Positions 27,171-35,576 of a DNA stretch of 64,000 nt are shown here, one piece after another. Source of the DNA: Candidatus Vogelbacteria bacterium RIFOXYD1_FULL_44_32 (GTDB lineage Bacteria > Patescibacteriota > Minisyncoccia > Phycocordibacterales > XYD1-FULL-46-19); contig MHTJ01000004.1 in the NCBI GenBank assembly GCA_001823065.1, forward strand, positions 37,839 to 101,838, given 5' to 3'. Each line of letters starts with the position of its first letter. Position 1 is the first letter of the stretch. The notes under the pieces were generated by a model that was not told where the DNA came from, did no database searches, and saw nothing but the letters and a program-made list of their open reading frames with translations. A program made the translations under genes and the position numbers.

Positions 27171-27833
27171 ATGTTAACCCTAAATGCGCAAAAAAGGGAG
27201 ACCTTTGGCAAGAAGCTAGAGGGAGCCAGAAAAGACGGGAAACTCCCGGTGGTTATTTATGGCCCCAAAGAAGACGCCTCGTCTTATTTTGTGGACACCA
27301 AAGAGTTTAATAAAGTTTATCGTGAAGCGGGTGAATCAACGGTGATTGAATTTAAAACCGAAGCTGGCGACCACGATGTGCTAATTAAGGAAACTGACCA
27401 CAACCCGATTTCCGGGGAAGTTATTCATGTTGATTTTTACGTCATTGAAAAAGGTAAAAAGGTAGAGGTAGAGGTCCCATTGGTGTTTGAGGGTGAATCA
27501 CCAGCGGTGGAAAATTTGGCCGGTATCTTGGTCAAGGTTATTCACGACTTGCCAATTGAGGCCATGCCGAAAGATTTACCTCACGATATTAAGGTGGATA
27601 TTTCAGCTCTAGTTGATTTTGATAGTCAGATTACGGTGGCCGATTTGGTTGTTCCGGCTGGGGTAACAGTGCTGATTGATGCAACAGAAGTGGTGGCCCT
27701 AGTAACTGAAGCTAAAGAGGAGCCCGTAGAAGCAGAGCCAATCGATATTTCCACGATTGAGGTAGAAAAGAAGGGTAAGAAAGATGAGGAAGGGGCGGAA
27801 GCTAAAGAAGGGGAAGATAAAACCGCTGAATAA
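27171..27833 (+). CDS. rplY: 50S ribosomal protein L25 (Ctc form)
   Basis: L25 N-terminus LNAQKRETFGK...VIYG and an acidic C-terminal extension. Confidence 0.85.
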   Translation: MLTLNAQKRETFGKKLEGARKDGKLPVVIYGPKEDASSYFVDTKEFNKVYREAGESTVIEFKTEAGDHDVLIKETDHNPISGEVIHVDFYVIEKGKKVEVEVPLVFEGESPAVENLAGILVKVIHDLPIEAMPKDLPHDIKVDISALVDFDSQITVADLVVPAGVTVLIDATEVVALVTEAKEEPVEAEPIDISTIEVEKKGKKDEEGAEAKEGEDKTAE

Positions 27834-27846
27834 ACTGCCAGACAGA

Positions 27847-27885
27847 AAACCCCCAGCGGCGCTTCGCGCCGCTGGGGGTTTTTTG
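27847..27885 (+). terminator. Rho-independent terminator
   Basis: Hairpin aaaacccccagcggcgcttcgcgccgctgggggtttttt. Confidence 0.9.
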
Positions 27886-27898
27886 CTATAATGTAATT

Positions 27899-29224
27899 AT
27901 GAATTTTAAGCCCAAATTAAATCATTTGGTTTTGTTTTTTTTGGTTTTTACTCTCCTGCCAAGCTTGGTTATAGCTGAAACTCCCGAGCAAAAAGAAGCG
28001 CGCGAGTCGGCTTTGCGGAAGGAGCTGGCTCAAGTCGAGGCCGACATTGCGGCTAATACAAAAAAACTGCAAATCAAACAGGGTGAAGCCTCGTCTATTA
28101 GTCGTGACATCCAGATTTTGACTTATCAAATCAATCAGGCCAAATTAAAAATTCGGCAAAAACAAATAGAGATTGAGCGTCTAGGCGGGGATATCACTAA
28201 ACGAGAAAAAACTATTACCACTTTGTCGACCAAGATTGAAGAAGAGAAGGAGTCGCTGGCCGAGCTTTTGCGAAAAACCAAAGAACTTGACCATGTGACC
28301 ATGCCGGAGGTTATTTTAGGTAATGATATTTTGTCGGATTTTTTTGTGGATTTAAATTCTTTTAATTTTATTCAGGCTAGTGTCCATGGTTCTTTCCTGG
28401 TGATGCGTGATACGCAAGTAGAAACGACTAAAGAAAAAATTACTCTAGAAAGAAGGCGTGACGCTGAACGTGATGCCAAAAGGGTGATTGAGGAGGAAAC
28501 AAAAAAAATTCAAACGGCGGAAGCCGAGAAAAAACGGTTATTGGCTTTGACTAATCAAGCGGCCGCCTCGTATAAAGGGATTATCGCTGAGCGGGAAGCT
28601 AGGCGAGCTGTGATCCGGAGTGCCCTATTTAAATTGCGTGATACCACTAGTATTTCTTTTGGGGAAGCGGTTGATATGGCTATTCGTCTGTCTAAACAAA
28701 CTGGAGTCCGGCCGGCTTTTGCGCTCGCTATTTTAAAACAAGAAACAAATATTGGTCAAAATGTGGGGACATGTAATCGAGCCGGCGACCCACCAGAGAA
28801 ACACTGGAAAATGATTATGCATCCAACCCGTGACCAGGCTCCATATTTGAGGATAGTGACCGAATTGGGGCTTGATCCCGAGGCTACCCCACTTTCCTGT
28901 GCTATGAGTTATGGCTATGGTGGGGCCATGGGTCCAGCTCAATTTATTCCTTCAACTTGGGAGCCCTATAAGGCGCGTATTTCGGCTGTGACAGGCAATA
29001 CCCCACCAAACCCTTGGCGACCATTCGATGCCTTTGCTGCTTCCCAGCTTCTACTACGTGATCTGGGGGCGGCCGGTGGGGGCTATACCTCCGAGCGGAC
29101 GGCGGCCTTGCGGTACTATGCTGGTGGCAACTGGGCCGATCCCCGCAATGCTTTTTATGGGGACTCGGTGATGAGGTTGGCCACTGAAATGCAAGCCCAA
29201 ATTGACATCTTGCAGACCAACTAG
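27899..29224 (+). CDS. Secreted coiled-coil protein with C-terminal MltB-type lytic transglycosylase-like domain
   Basis: Signal peptide, a long coiled coil, then GAMGPAQFIPSTWEPY (SLT_2-like GAMGQxQFMPST motif). Start is 6 nt after TGCTATAAT. Confidence 0.65.
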   Translation: MNFKPKLNHLVLFFLVFTLLPSLVIAETPEQKEARESALRKELAQVEADIAANTKKLQIKQGEASSISRDIQILTYQINQAKLKIRQKQIEIERLGGDITKREKTITTLSTKIEEEKESLAELLRKTKELDHVTMPEVILGNDILSDFFVDLNSFNFIQASVHGSFLVMRDTQVETTKEKITLERRRDAERDAKRVIEEETKKIQTAEAEKKRLLALTNQAAASYKGIIAEREARRAVIRSALFKLRDTTSISFGEAVDMAIRLSKQTGVRPAFALAILKQETNIGQNVGTCNRAGDPPEKHWKMIMHPTRDQAPYLRIVTELGLDPEATPLSCAMSYGYGGAMGPAQFIPSTWEPYKARISAVTGNTPPNPWRPFDAFAASQLLLRDLGAAGGGYTSERTAALRYYAGGNWADPRNAFYGDSVMRLATEMQAQIDILQTN

Positions 29225-29245
29225 TCGTGTGTTAAACTCAAACCC

Positions 29246-29515
29246 ATGCAAAAAGACATCCACCCTACTTACTATCCGGATGCGAAAGTGACCTGCGCTT
29301 GCGGGAATTCTTTTACGGTGGGTTCAACTAAAGAAACCATTAGCGTGGAAGTTTGTGCCGCTTGTCACCCCTTTTTCACTGGTAATGAAAAAGTGATGGA
29401 TACGGCTGGCCGAGTGGAAAAATTCAAGGCTCGAGCCAAACAAGCGACCGCTCCTAAAAACAAAAAGACGGCGACCAAAAAAAAGGAGACCAAGCAGGCT
29501 GAAACAGAAGCTTAA
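29246..29515 (+). CDS. rpmE: 50S ribosomal protein L31
   Basis: [10 protein letters not shown]...CACGN...[10 protein letters not shown]. Confidence 0.9.
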   Translation: MQKDIHPTYYPDAKVTCACGNSFTVGSTKETISVEVCAACHPFFTGNEKVMDTAGRVEKFKARAKQATAPKNKKTATKKKETKQAETEA

Positions 29516-29590
29516 ATTAAATCACTACCACCAACGCATTCATTTGATATGCGTTGGTTTCGTTTTGGCCTAGCGGTATAATGAAGCCAT

Positions 29591-30592
29591 ATGATAAATA
29601 TTGATGAGCAAAACTTAAATTTAGCTGATTACCGGCAAAATCAAAAGACGGCTTTTTTGATGATGGAATATGATCGTCTAACCAAAAAAATTAGCGAAGC
29701 CGAAACAGTGGCCGACGGTGATAAAGATCTGGCCGAATTGGTGGCGACCGAAATCAATGATTTACAGCGTCAGAGGGGGGATATTTTAACCAGTATTCAA
29801 AATATTGTCGCCAAGGAAGTGGCCGATGATGAAGTGATCAATGAAGTGATTATGGAAATTAGAGCTGGCGCGGGCGGAGAAGAATCGGCTTTGTTTGCGA
29901 CCAATCTTAAAGAAATGTACGAGGCCTACGCGGTGGTGCAGGGCTGGGTTTTTCAAGTTTTAGATGAATCGCCGTCAGAACTAGGTGGCTACAAAGAAGT
30001 TTCAATTGAAATAAAAGGGAGAAATATTTATGATAATTTGCGTTATGAAACTGGGGTGCATCGGGTGCAGAGAATTCCCGCGACCGAAAAGCAGGGCCGG
30101 GTCCATACCTCCACGGCCTCGGTGGCGGTGATGCCGATTCGCAAAAAAACCAAAGTAGTTATTAACCCGGCTGATCTGGAAATAGAGACAACCCGCTCGG
30201 GTGGGGCGGGTGGCCAAAATGTGAACAAGGTGGAAACGGCGGTGCGGATAGTACACAAGCCAACTGGTATTGCTGTCCGTAGCCAAAGTGAGCGATTTCA
30301 GCAAAGAAATCGCGAAAAGGCGATGTTAATTTTGGAAGCCAAATTAAATGAGTTACAAGAGGTGGCTGACAAAAAAGAGGAGACAGACGAAAGGCGGAGC
30401 CAGATTGGCACAGGCGACCGAAGTGAAAAAATCAGGACCTATAATATTTTACAAGACCGAGTCACCGACCATCGCATCAAGGAATCTTGGCATGGGATTG
30501 AACGGATTTTAGCCGGTGACATCGGGCCGATTGTGAGGGCCCTGGCCGAGGCTGGTGGGGGCGTGATTGTCGCCGGGGAAGAGGAGGAGTAA
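29591..30592 (+). CDS. prfA: Peptide chain release factor 1
   Basis: GGQ motif ([11 protein letters not shown]) and the RF1-type PAT tripeptide ([14 protein letters not shown]). Confidence 0.9.
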   Translation: MINIDEQNLNLADYRQNQKTAFLMMEYDRLTKKISEAETVADGDKDLAELVATEINDLQRQRGDILTSIQNIVAKEVADDEVINEVIMEIRAGAGGEESALFATNLKEMYEAYAVVQGWVFQVLDESPSELGGYKEVSIEIKGRNIYDNLRYETGVHRVQRIPATEKQGRVHTSTASVAVMPIRKKTKVVINPADLEIETTRSGGAGGQNVNKVETAVRIVHKPTGIAVRSQSERFQQRNREKAMLILEAKLNELQEVADKKEETDERRSQIGTGDRSEKIRTYNILQDRVTDHRIKESWHGIERILAGDIGPIVRALAEAGGGVIVAGEEEE

Positions 30593-30645
30593 TTTGGGGT
30601 CTAAATATTGCCAATTTCCCTGATATTTGTTAGACTACTTGCCGT

Positions 30646-31410
30646 ATGCAAAATACCCCGACTAATGAAAAAACAACCGCGGTAGGCGATCTAGTGCACA
30701 ATCTTTTTAAGCTTGGTGCTCATTTTGGTTACAGTCGGGTGCGTCGTCACCCTTCGGCTGACAAGTTTATTTTTGGTTACAAAAACAAGACGGCCATTAT
30801 TGATTTGGAAAAGACAATTATTTCACTAACCAAAGCCAAAGATTTTGTGCGGACTTTGGGTAGCGAAGGTAAGGCAGTGTTGCTAGTTGGTAATAAAAAT
30901 GAAGCCCGAGTGGCAGTCAAAAAAGCGGCTCAATTGGCTGGGTTGCCTTATTCGGCCGAGCGTTGGATAGGTGGTACTCTCACCAACACTAAACAAATTA
31001 AGACCCGACTGAAACGGTTGGAGGAAATAAAAGCCGCTGAAACTTCGGGTGAGATAATGAAATATACTAAAAAAGAAAGAGGATTAATTAGTAAAGAAAA
31101 AAATGATTTAGAGCGTCACTTTGGTGGAATTGTGGAGATGGCCAAAATGCCGGCCGCCCTGTTTGTGATTGATTCTACCGCGGAGGCAATTGCGATTGCG
31201 GAAGCTAACAAATTAAATATTCCGGTGATTGCCTTGTCTAATTCTGATTGCGATATTCGTGGTATTGCCTATCCGATTATTGGCAATGACGGTTCGGTGG
31301 GAACGATTGCTTTTTTTGCCAATGAAATTGCGGGGGCCTATATTGAAGGCCAGAAAAACCCGGTGACTAAACCAGCCGAGGTCAAAGTGGAAAACAAAGA
31401 GGCAGAGTAA
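30646..31410 (+). CDS. rpsB: 30S ribosomal protein S2
   Basis: GAHFGYSRVRRHP...AIIDLEKT. Confidence 0.9.
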   Translation: MQNTPTNEKTTAVGDLVHNLFKLGAHFGYSRVRRHPSADKFIFGYKNKTAIIDLEKTIISLTKAKDFVRTLGSEGKAVLLVGNKNEARVAVKKAAQLAGLPYSAERWIGGTLTNTKQIKTRLKRLEEIKAAETSGEIMKYTKKERGLISKEKNDLERHFGGIVEMAKMPAALFVIDSTAEAIAIAEANKLNIPVIALSNSDCDIRGIAYPIIGNDGSVGTIAFFANEIAGAYIEGQKNPVTKPAEVKVENKEAE

Positions 31411-31438
31411 TGTTTTTTGTAATATAATTTTACACATT

Positions 31439-31894
31439 ATGGCAGATACCCAATCAATTAAAGTTCTGCGCGATCAGACGGGAATTTCTCTAGCCGAATG
31501 CAAGAAAGCGCTAGATGAGGCTGGTGGCGATTTGGCCAAAGCCCAGGTGGTTTTGAAAGCGAAGGGGGCTGAAACGGCGGACAAAAAATCTGACCGGAAC
31601 CTTGGTTCCGGGGTAGTGGAGTGTTATATTCACGGGGCAGGGGCGATTGGGGCTATGGTAGAATTGGCTTGCGAGACCGACTTTGTGGCCAAAAATGTTG
31701 ATTTTAAAGCTTTAGCTTCGGATATTGCACTACATATAGTGGCCAGTGCTCCCGAAACGGTAGCCGAGTTGCTGGCTCAAGAATTTGTCAAAGACCCGAG
31801 TCAGACGGTGGAGACGCTTATCCAACAGGGAACTCAAAAATTTGGCGAAAGGATTGTGCTCACTCGCTTTGCGCGCTTTGCTCTAGGGGCTTAG
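31439..31894 (+). CDS. tsf: Elongation factor Ts (short form)
   Basis: LRDQTGISLAECKKALDEAGGDLAKA UBA-like N-terminus. Confidence 0.85.
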   Translation: MADTQSIKVLRDQTGISLAECKKALDEAGGDLAKAQVVLKAKGAETADKKSDRNLGSGVVECYIHGAGAIGAMVELACETDFVAKNVDFKALASDIALHIVASAPETVAELLAQEFVKDPSQTVETLIQQGTQKFGERIVLTRFARFALGA

Positions 31895-31900
31895 TTTTCT

Positions 31901-32320
31901 ATGATTTTTCTTATTACTATGACGGTTATATGTTTTGGGCTGGTCGCCTACTTAGTAGGTCGTCAGCTTTTGTTGTTACGCCGAGGTGAAGTGCAATTAA
32001 ACCAAGAAGCACCCACCTTATCTTTTGCTGATTATTTAAGTCTTAGTCTTGATAAAATGGCCGGCCAACTTTCCCACTTTAGCCACGAGCTAATGCACTT
32101 GGTGTCTATTCTATCTTTACTGGGGGCAAAAAAGGTGGCGGCGGTGGTCAAGCATAACACCGGGCGGATTGAGCGAGTCTTGGGTCAGGTTTTGCGGGCG
32201 ACCCATGAGAGGCGCAAGCGGGGCCGAGGGGAGCGGGGCTCGACGTCTATGTTTCTGCGCGAGATTGAGTTGCATCAGTCGAAGGTAAAGGAAAATTTAA
32301 ATACTTATTCTAGGAATTAG
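31901..32320 (+). CDS. Hypothetical membrane protein
   Basis: N-terminal transmembrane helix followed by a basic C-terminus; no recognised motif. Confidence 0.45.
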   Translation: MIFLITMTVICFGLVAYLVGRQLLLLRRGEVQLNQEAPTLSFADYLSLSLDKMAGQLSHFSHELMHLVSILSLLGAKKVAAVVKHNTGRIERVLGQVLRATHERRKRGRGERGSTSMFLREIELHQSKVKENLNTYSRN

Positions 32321-32363
32321 AATTTGTCGATGTTTGTTAAAAAATAGGTTATAGTAGATTTTT

Positions 32364-32436
32364 GCCGGCATAGCTCAGTTGGTAGAGCGCCACTTTTGTA
32401 AAGTGGATGTCCGGGGTTCGAACCCTCGTGCCGGCT
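32364..32436 (+). tRNA. tRNA-Thr (anticodon UGU)
   Basis: Cloverleaf: acceptor GCCGGCA/TGCCGGC, D arm GCTC-AGTTGGTA-GAGC, anticodon stem CCACT/AGTGG with loop TT-TGT-AA, T arm CGGGG-TTCGAAC-CCTCG. Confidence 0.85.
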
Positions 32437-32570
32437 CAGAGAGACGACAAAGCAAGCAAACTGCTTTGCTTGTGTGAGGGTGAGAAAAGATTTTTGTTGT
32501 TTTTCCAGCCGGGAAAATCAAAAATCTGGGGTTGAGGAAAAAACTTTTGGCGAAAAGTTTTTGAGGTGAC

Positions 32571-32592
32571 CGAACCCTCGTGCCGGCTCAGA
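32571..32592 (+). repeat. Exact 22-nt direct repeat of the tRNA-Thr 3' end (att-like)
   Basis: cgaaccctcgtgccggctcaga occurs at 32419-32440 (within/after the tRNA) and again at 32571-32592. Confidence 0.8.
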
Positions 32593-32626
32593 AGGATCTT
32601 TTGGGAAGTAAGAAAAGAGAAAGGAA

Positions 32627-32827
32627 TTGATTATGACCGAGACAGAAGAAATGATTCACCAGCGTTTTAAGAAGGCACTGGAAGAACACGGTCGGCGTTT
32701 GGACGATCCCGATTATCGCCGAAGATTGGAGATCTCGGCACTCCAGACCTCTGTCGCCGTTTCAGTATCAATCCAGGCGCAAAGACAGGCGGCGGCTATG
32801 GAGCACAGAAGTGGTCGCCGATATTAG
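32627..32827 (+). CDS. Small hypothetical protein (66 aa)
   Basis: AAAGGAA SD; a terminator follows (acggcccacagttgtgggccgtttctttttt, 32838-32872). Confidence 0.45.
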   Translation: MIMTETEEMIHQRFKKALEEHGRRLDDPDYRRRLEISALQTSVAVSVSIQAQRQAAAMEHRSGRRY

Positions 32828-32894
32828 GACGAACTAAACGGCCCACAGTTGTGGGCCGTTTCTTTTTTGGGTTTTTTTCGCTATACTCACCTCT

Positions 32895-33602
32895 ATGGAA
32901 GAAACTAAACAGTTGGGACACCTACACCCTCTCACCCAAATGATGAGTGAGATGTCGGATATTTTTCGCGAAATGGGTTTTCGGGTGGCCGATGGGCCCG
33001 AGAAAGAGTCCGAATGGAATAACTTCGACGCTTTAAATATCCCGGCCAATCACCCGGCGCGAGCGATGCAAGATACCTTCTGGGTAAAGCCGCATACAGC
33101 TGGCCAGCTGCTTCGAACTCATACCACTTCAGTATCACTACGGGAATTGGCAAAAAAACAGCTGCCACTACGGGTAGTGTCGCCTGGTCGTGTTTTCCGT
33201 AATGAAGCGACTGATGCTACTCATGAGGCGCAGTTCTATCAGTTTGATGGTCTCGCTATCGACCGACCCGGGGTAATTTCGATGGCTCACCTGAAAGGGG
33301 TGTTGTCGACTTTGTATAAAAGACTTTTTGGCGAAAATATCGAGATGCGCTTCCGGGCTAGCTTCTTTCCGTTTGTGGAGCCGGGAGTAGAAGTGGATAT
33401 TAAATGGGGCGACCGCTGGCTGGAAGTGGTCGGTGCCGGACTTTTGCACCCCAATGTTTTTAAAGCAGCCGGGATAGACCCGAATGAGTGGCAGGGGCTC
33501 GCGTTTGGTGGTGGGGTGGACCGCTTGGCGATGATCAAATACGGTATTGAGGATGTCCGGCATTTTTACCAAGGGGATACGCGTTTTCTCAAACAATTTT
33601 AA
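32895..33602 (+). CDS. pheS: Phenylalanine-tRNA ligase alpha subunit (compact)
   Basis: Class II aaRS motifs FRNEATDATHEAQFYQFDG and FFPFVEPGVEVD. Start is 7 nt after TATACT. Confidence 0.9.
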   Translation: MEETKQLGHLHPLTQMMSEMSDIFREMGFRVADGPEKESEWNNFDALNIPANHPARAMQDTFWVKPHTAGQLLRTHTTSVSLRELAKKQLPLRVVSPGRVFRNEATDATHEAQFYQFDGLAIDRPGVISMAHLKGVLSTLYKRLFGENIEMRFRASFFPFVEPGVEVDIKWGDRWLEVVGAGLLHPNVFKAAGIDPNEWQGLAFGGGVDRLAMIKYGIEDVRHFYQGDTRFLKQF

Positions 33603-33604
33603 TT

Positions 33605-34870
33605 ATGTGGTTCAAATATAAAGAAATCGAGAGTCATTTTGTGACGTCCTTGCCGGGAGTAGGAGCGGTGGCCGAGGCGCTTATTAACCATGCATTTGAG
33701 GTGGAAGAAATGGTAGAAAAAGATGGTGATATGGAAATGGATATTAAAATTTTGCCTGATAGGGCTAGTGACGCTAAAAGTGTGTTAGGTGTCGCGCGAG
33801 AAGTATCGGCTGTTATGAATTTGCCGCTTAAAGATGAATATAAATTTACAACGACCAAAGAATCGGCTCGAACTACGATAGAATTTTCGGCCAAAGTCAT
33901 TTCCGATCTGGTTGGTGTCGAATTTTCAGTTGAAGATATAAAGAGTTACCTCTCTCGAGTAGGAGTACTCGTTGAAGGAGAAGAAACACTGACAGCTCAT
34001 ATCCCCGCTGAGCGACAAGATTTAAATATTAAAGAAGATTTGGCCGATGAGGTGGCTCGCCTTTATGGTTACGCTAATGTACCGGCGCGGGCACTGCTTG
34101 CGCCGGTTGTCGCCCCTGTCGACCACCCTGACTTTATCCTTTCTAACCAAATTCGTGAATTCTTCGCCCGCGGTGGCTTTACGGAAGTTTATGGCTACTC
34201 TTTTACCGCAAAAGGCGTGGTGGAAATTGAAAAACCCTTGGCTTCCGATAAGGCATATCTGCGCACTAATTTAACTGATTGGATGTCAGCTACTTTAGTT
34301 TCTAATATCAAGCACTCACTATTTCCCAAAGATGAAGTAAAACTTTTTGAGATTGGTAATGTTTTTGTTTCCGAAGACGAAGAACAAAAGCGGATTTGCG
34401 TGGCTGCTAATATTTCACTTCAGTCTGTTATTAACGAACTAAAACAAGAATTTAATATCACCGAATTACCCGAGATTAAAAAGATCGAAGGTGGAGAAGT
34501 AGTTGAACTTTTGCTTTCAAGCTTAAAAGCTAAGGACGGCGCGGCCGATCTTTCGCCGTTTATTAAATCCGATGTCAACTATAAACCAGTCTCGGTCTAC
34601 CCCCGCATTGTCCGTGATATCGCTCTTTTTGTACCAGCCGGTACTGCTAGTAGCGAAGTGGGGGAGATGATTAAACAAAACGCAGGCCCGCTCCTTGCCG
34701 AAGGTCCTATCCTTTTTGATGAATTCACGAAGCCGGGCGAAGACCGTACTTCGCTCGCATACCGCCTGGCTTTCCAGGCTTCCGATCGGACATTGGAAGA
34801 TGCTGAAGTAAATACCCTAATGGAAAAAGTTTATAAGGTGGTGAAGGAAAGAGGTTGGGAAGTCAGATAA
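33605..34870 (+). CDS. pheT: Phenylalanine-tRNA ligase beta subunit (compact, lacks N-terminal tRNA-binding domain)
   Basis: B3/4-like region and a C-terminal FDX-ACB-like domain (SLAYRLAFQASDRTLEDAEV). It immediately follows pheS. Confidence 0.8.
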   Translation: MWFKYKEIESHFVTSLPGVGAVAEALINHAFEVEEMVEKDGDMEMDIKILPDRASDAKSVLGVAREVSAVMNLPLKDEYKFTTTKESARTTIEFSAKVISDLVGVEFSVEDIKSYLSRVGVLVEGEETLTAHIPAERQDLNIKEDLADEVARLYGYANVPARALLAPVVAPVDHPDFILSNQIREFFARGGFTEVYGYSFTAKGVVEIEKPLASDKAYLRTNLTDWMSATLVSNIKHSLFPKDEVKLFEIGNVFVSEDEEQKRICVAANISLQSVINELKQEFNITELPEIKKIEGGEVVELLLSSLKAKDGAADLSPFIKSDVNYKPVSVYPRIVRDIALFVPAGTASSEVGEMIKQNAGPLLAEGPILFDEFTKPGEDRTSLAYRLAFQASDRTLEDAEVNTLMEKVYKVVKERGWEVR

Positions 34871-34987
34871 GTGTGGCTAAATCGCCTTCGGCGATTACCC
34901 GGCCTTACCGGATTTTTTGGCAAGGTTTAGGGGAAGTGAGATAAAAAAGTAAAAAATAAACAGAAAAAGCCCTGTAGGCAGGACTTT

Positions 34988-35015
34988 TTCTGTTTATTGA
35001 CAAAAAATATAGATA
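34988..35015 (+). promoter_or_regulatory. Consensus sigma70-type promoter (TTGACA-16nt-TATAAT)
   Basis: TTGACA at 34988-34993 and TATAAT at 35010-35015; it is preceded by a hairpin terminator at ~34960-34985. Confidence 0.6.
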
Positions 35016-35149
35016 GTGTATAATATACTCAGACTGATTTCTGCTCCAAAGAAGGTTTAAAAAAATTGGTCGGAGCGCTGTTGCTTTGGCCACTCACTGG
35101 GACGTAAAGTTTTTTGCCGGCCATTGTGCGATGGTTAAGGAGGTATGAG

Positions 35150-35476
35150 TTGAATTTTTTTAGGCTCCTGTCAAAGAACCTGATAAACTTATTTGACACG
35201 TTCTTTGTCAGTAAGTTTATGGTGGGGGCGATGGTGTTTTTGTTCATCCTTGTCTCCTACACAGCAGGGCGTGTCCCAGCTTGGGAAAAACCTTGGACCA
35301 CCATGGAGAAATTCATGGAAGGGGGAAAAGTGCTGGCGGCGTTTGGGTTACTCGTAGTGATCGCAACCGTGATGTTGGCGGTTGGGTACGCTCTACGGGG
35401 CGAGGAAGTCGTCAGTGATACCCCAGAGGGATGGAGGAGGTGGTTGAAGAGGAACGATAATAAAAGTAGAAAATAA
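35150..35476 (+). CDS. Small membrane protein (island cargo)
   Basis: AGGAGG 6 nt upstream of a TTG start. Two predicted transmembrane helices (MVGAMVFLFILVSY and VLAAFGLLVVIATVMLAVGYAL). Confidence 0.5.
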   Translation: MNFFRLLSKNLINLFDTFFVSKFMVGAMVFLFILVSYTAGRVPAWEKPWTTMEKFMEGGKVLAAFGLLVVIATVMLAVGYALRGEEVVSDTPEGWRRWLKRNDNKSRK

Positions 35477-35576
35477 TATGAGCCGTGGGATGATGTTCAT
35501 CCCACGGCCTTTGCATGTATAATCCAATTGATAAAATAAGGAAAAATGCTAGTATAAATTAAAATAATAAGATTTT

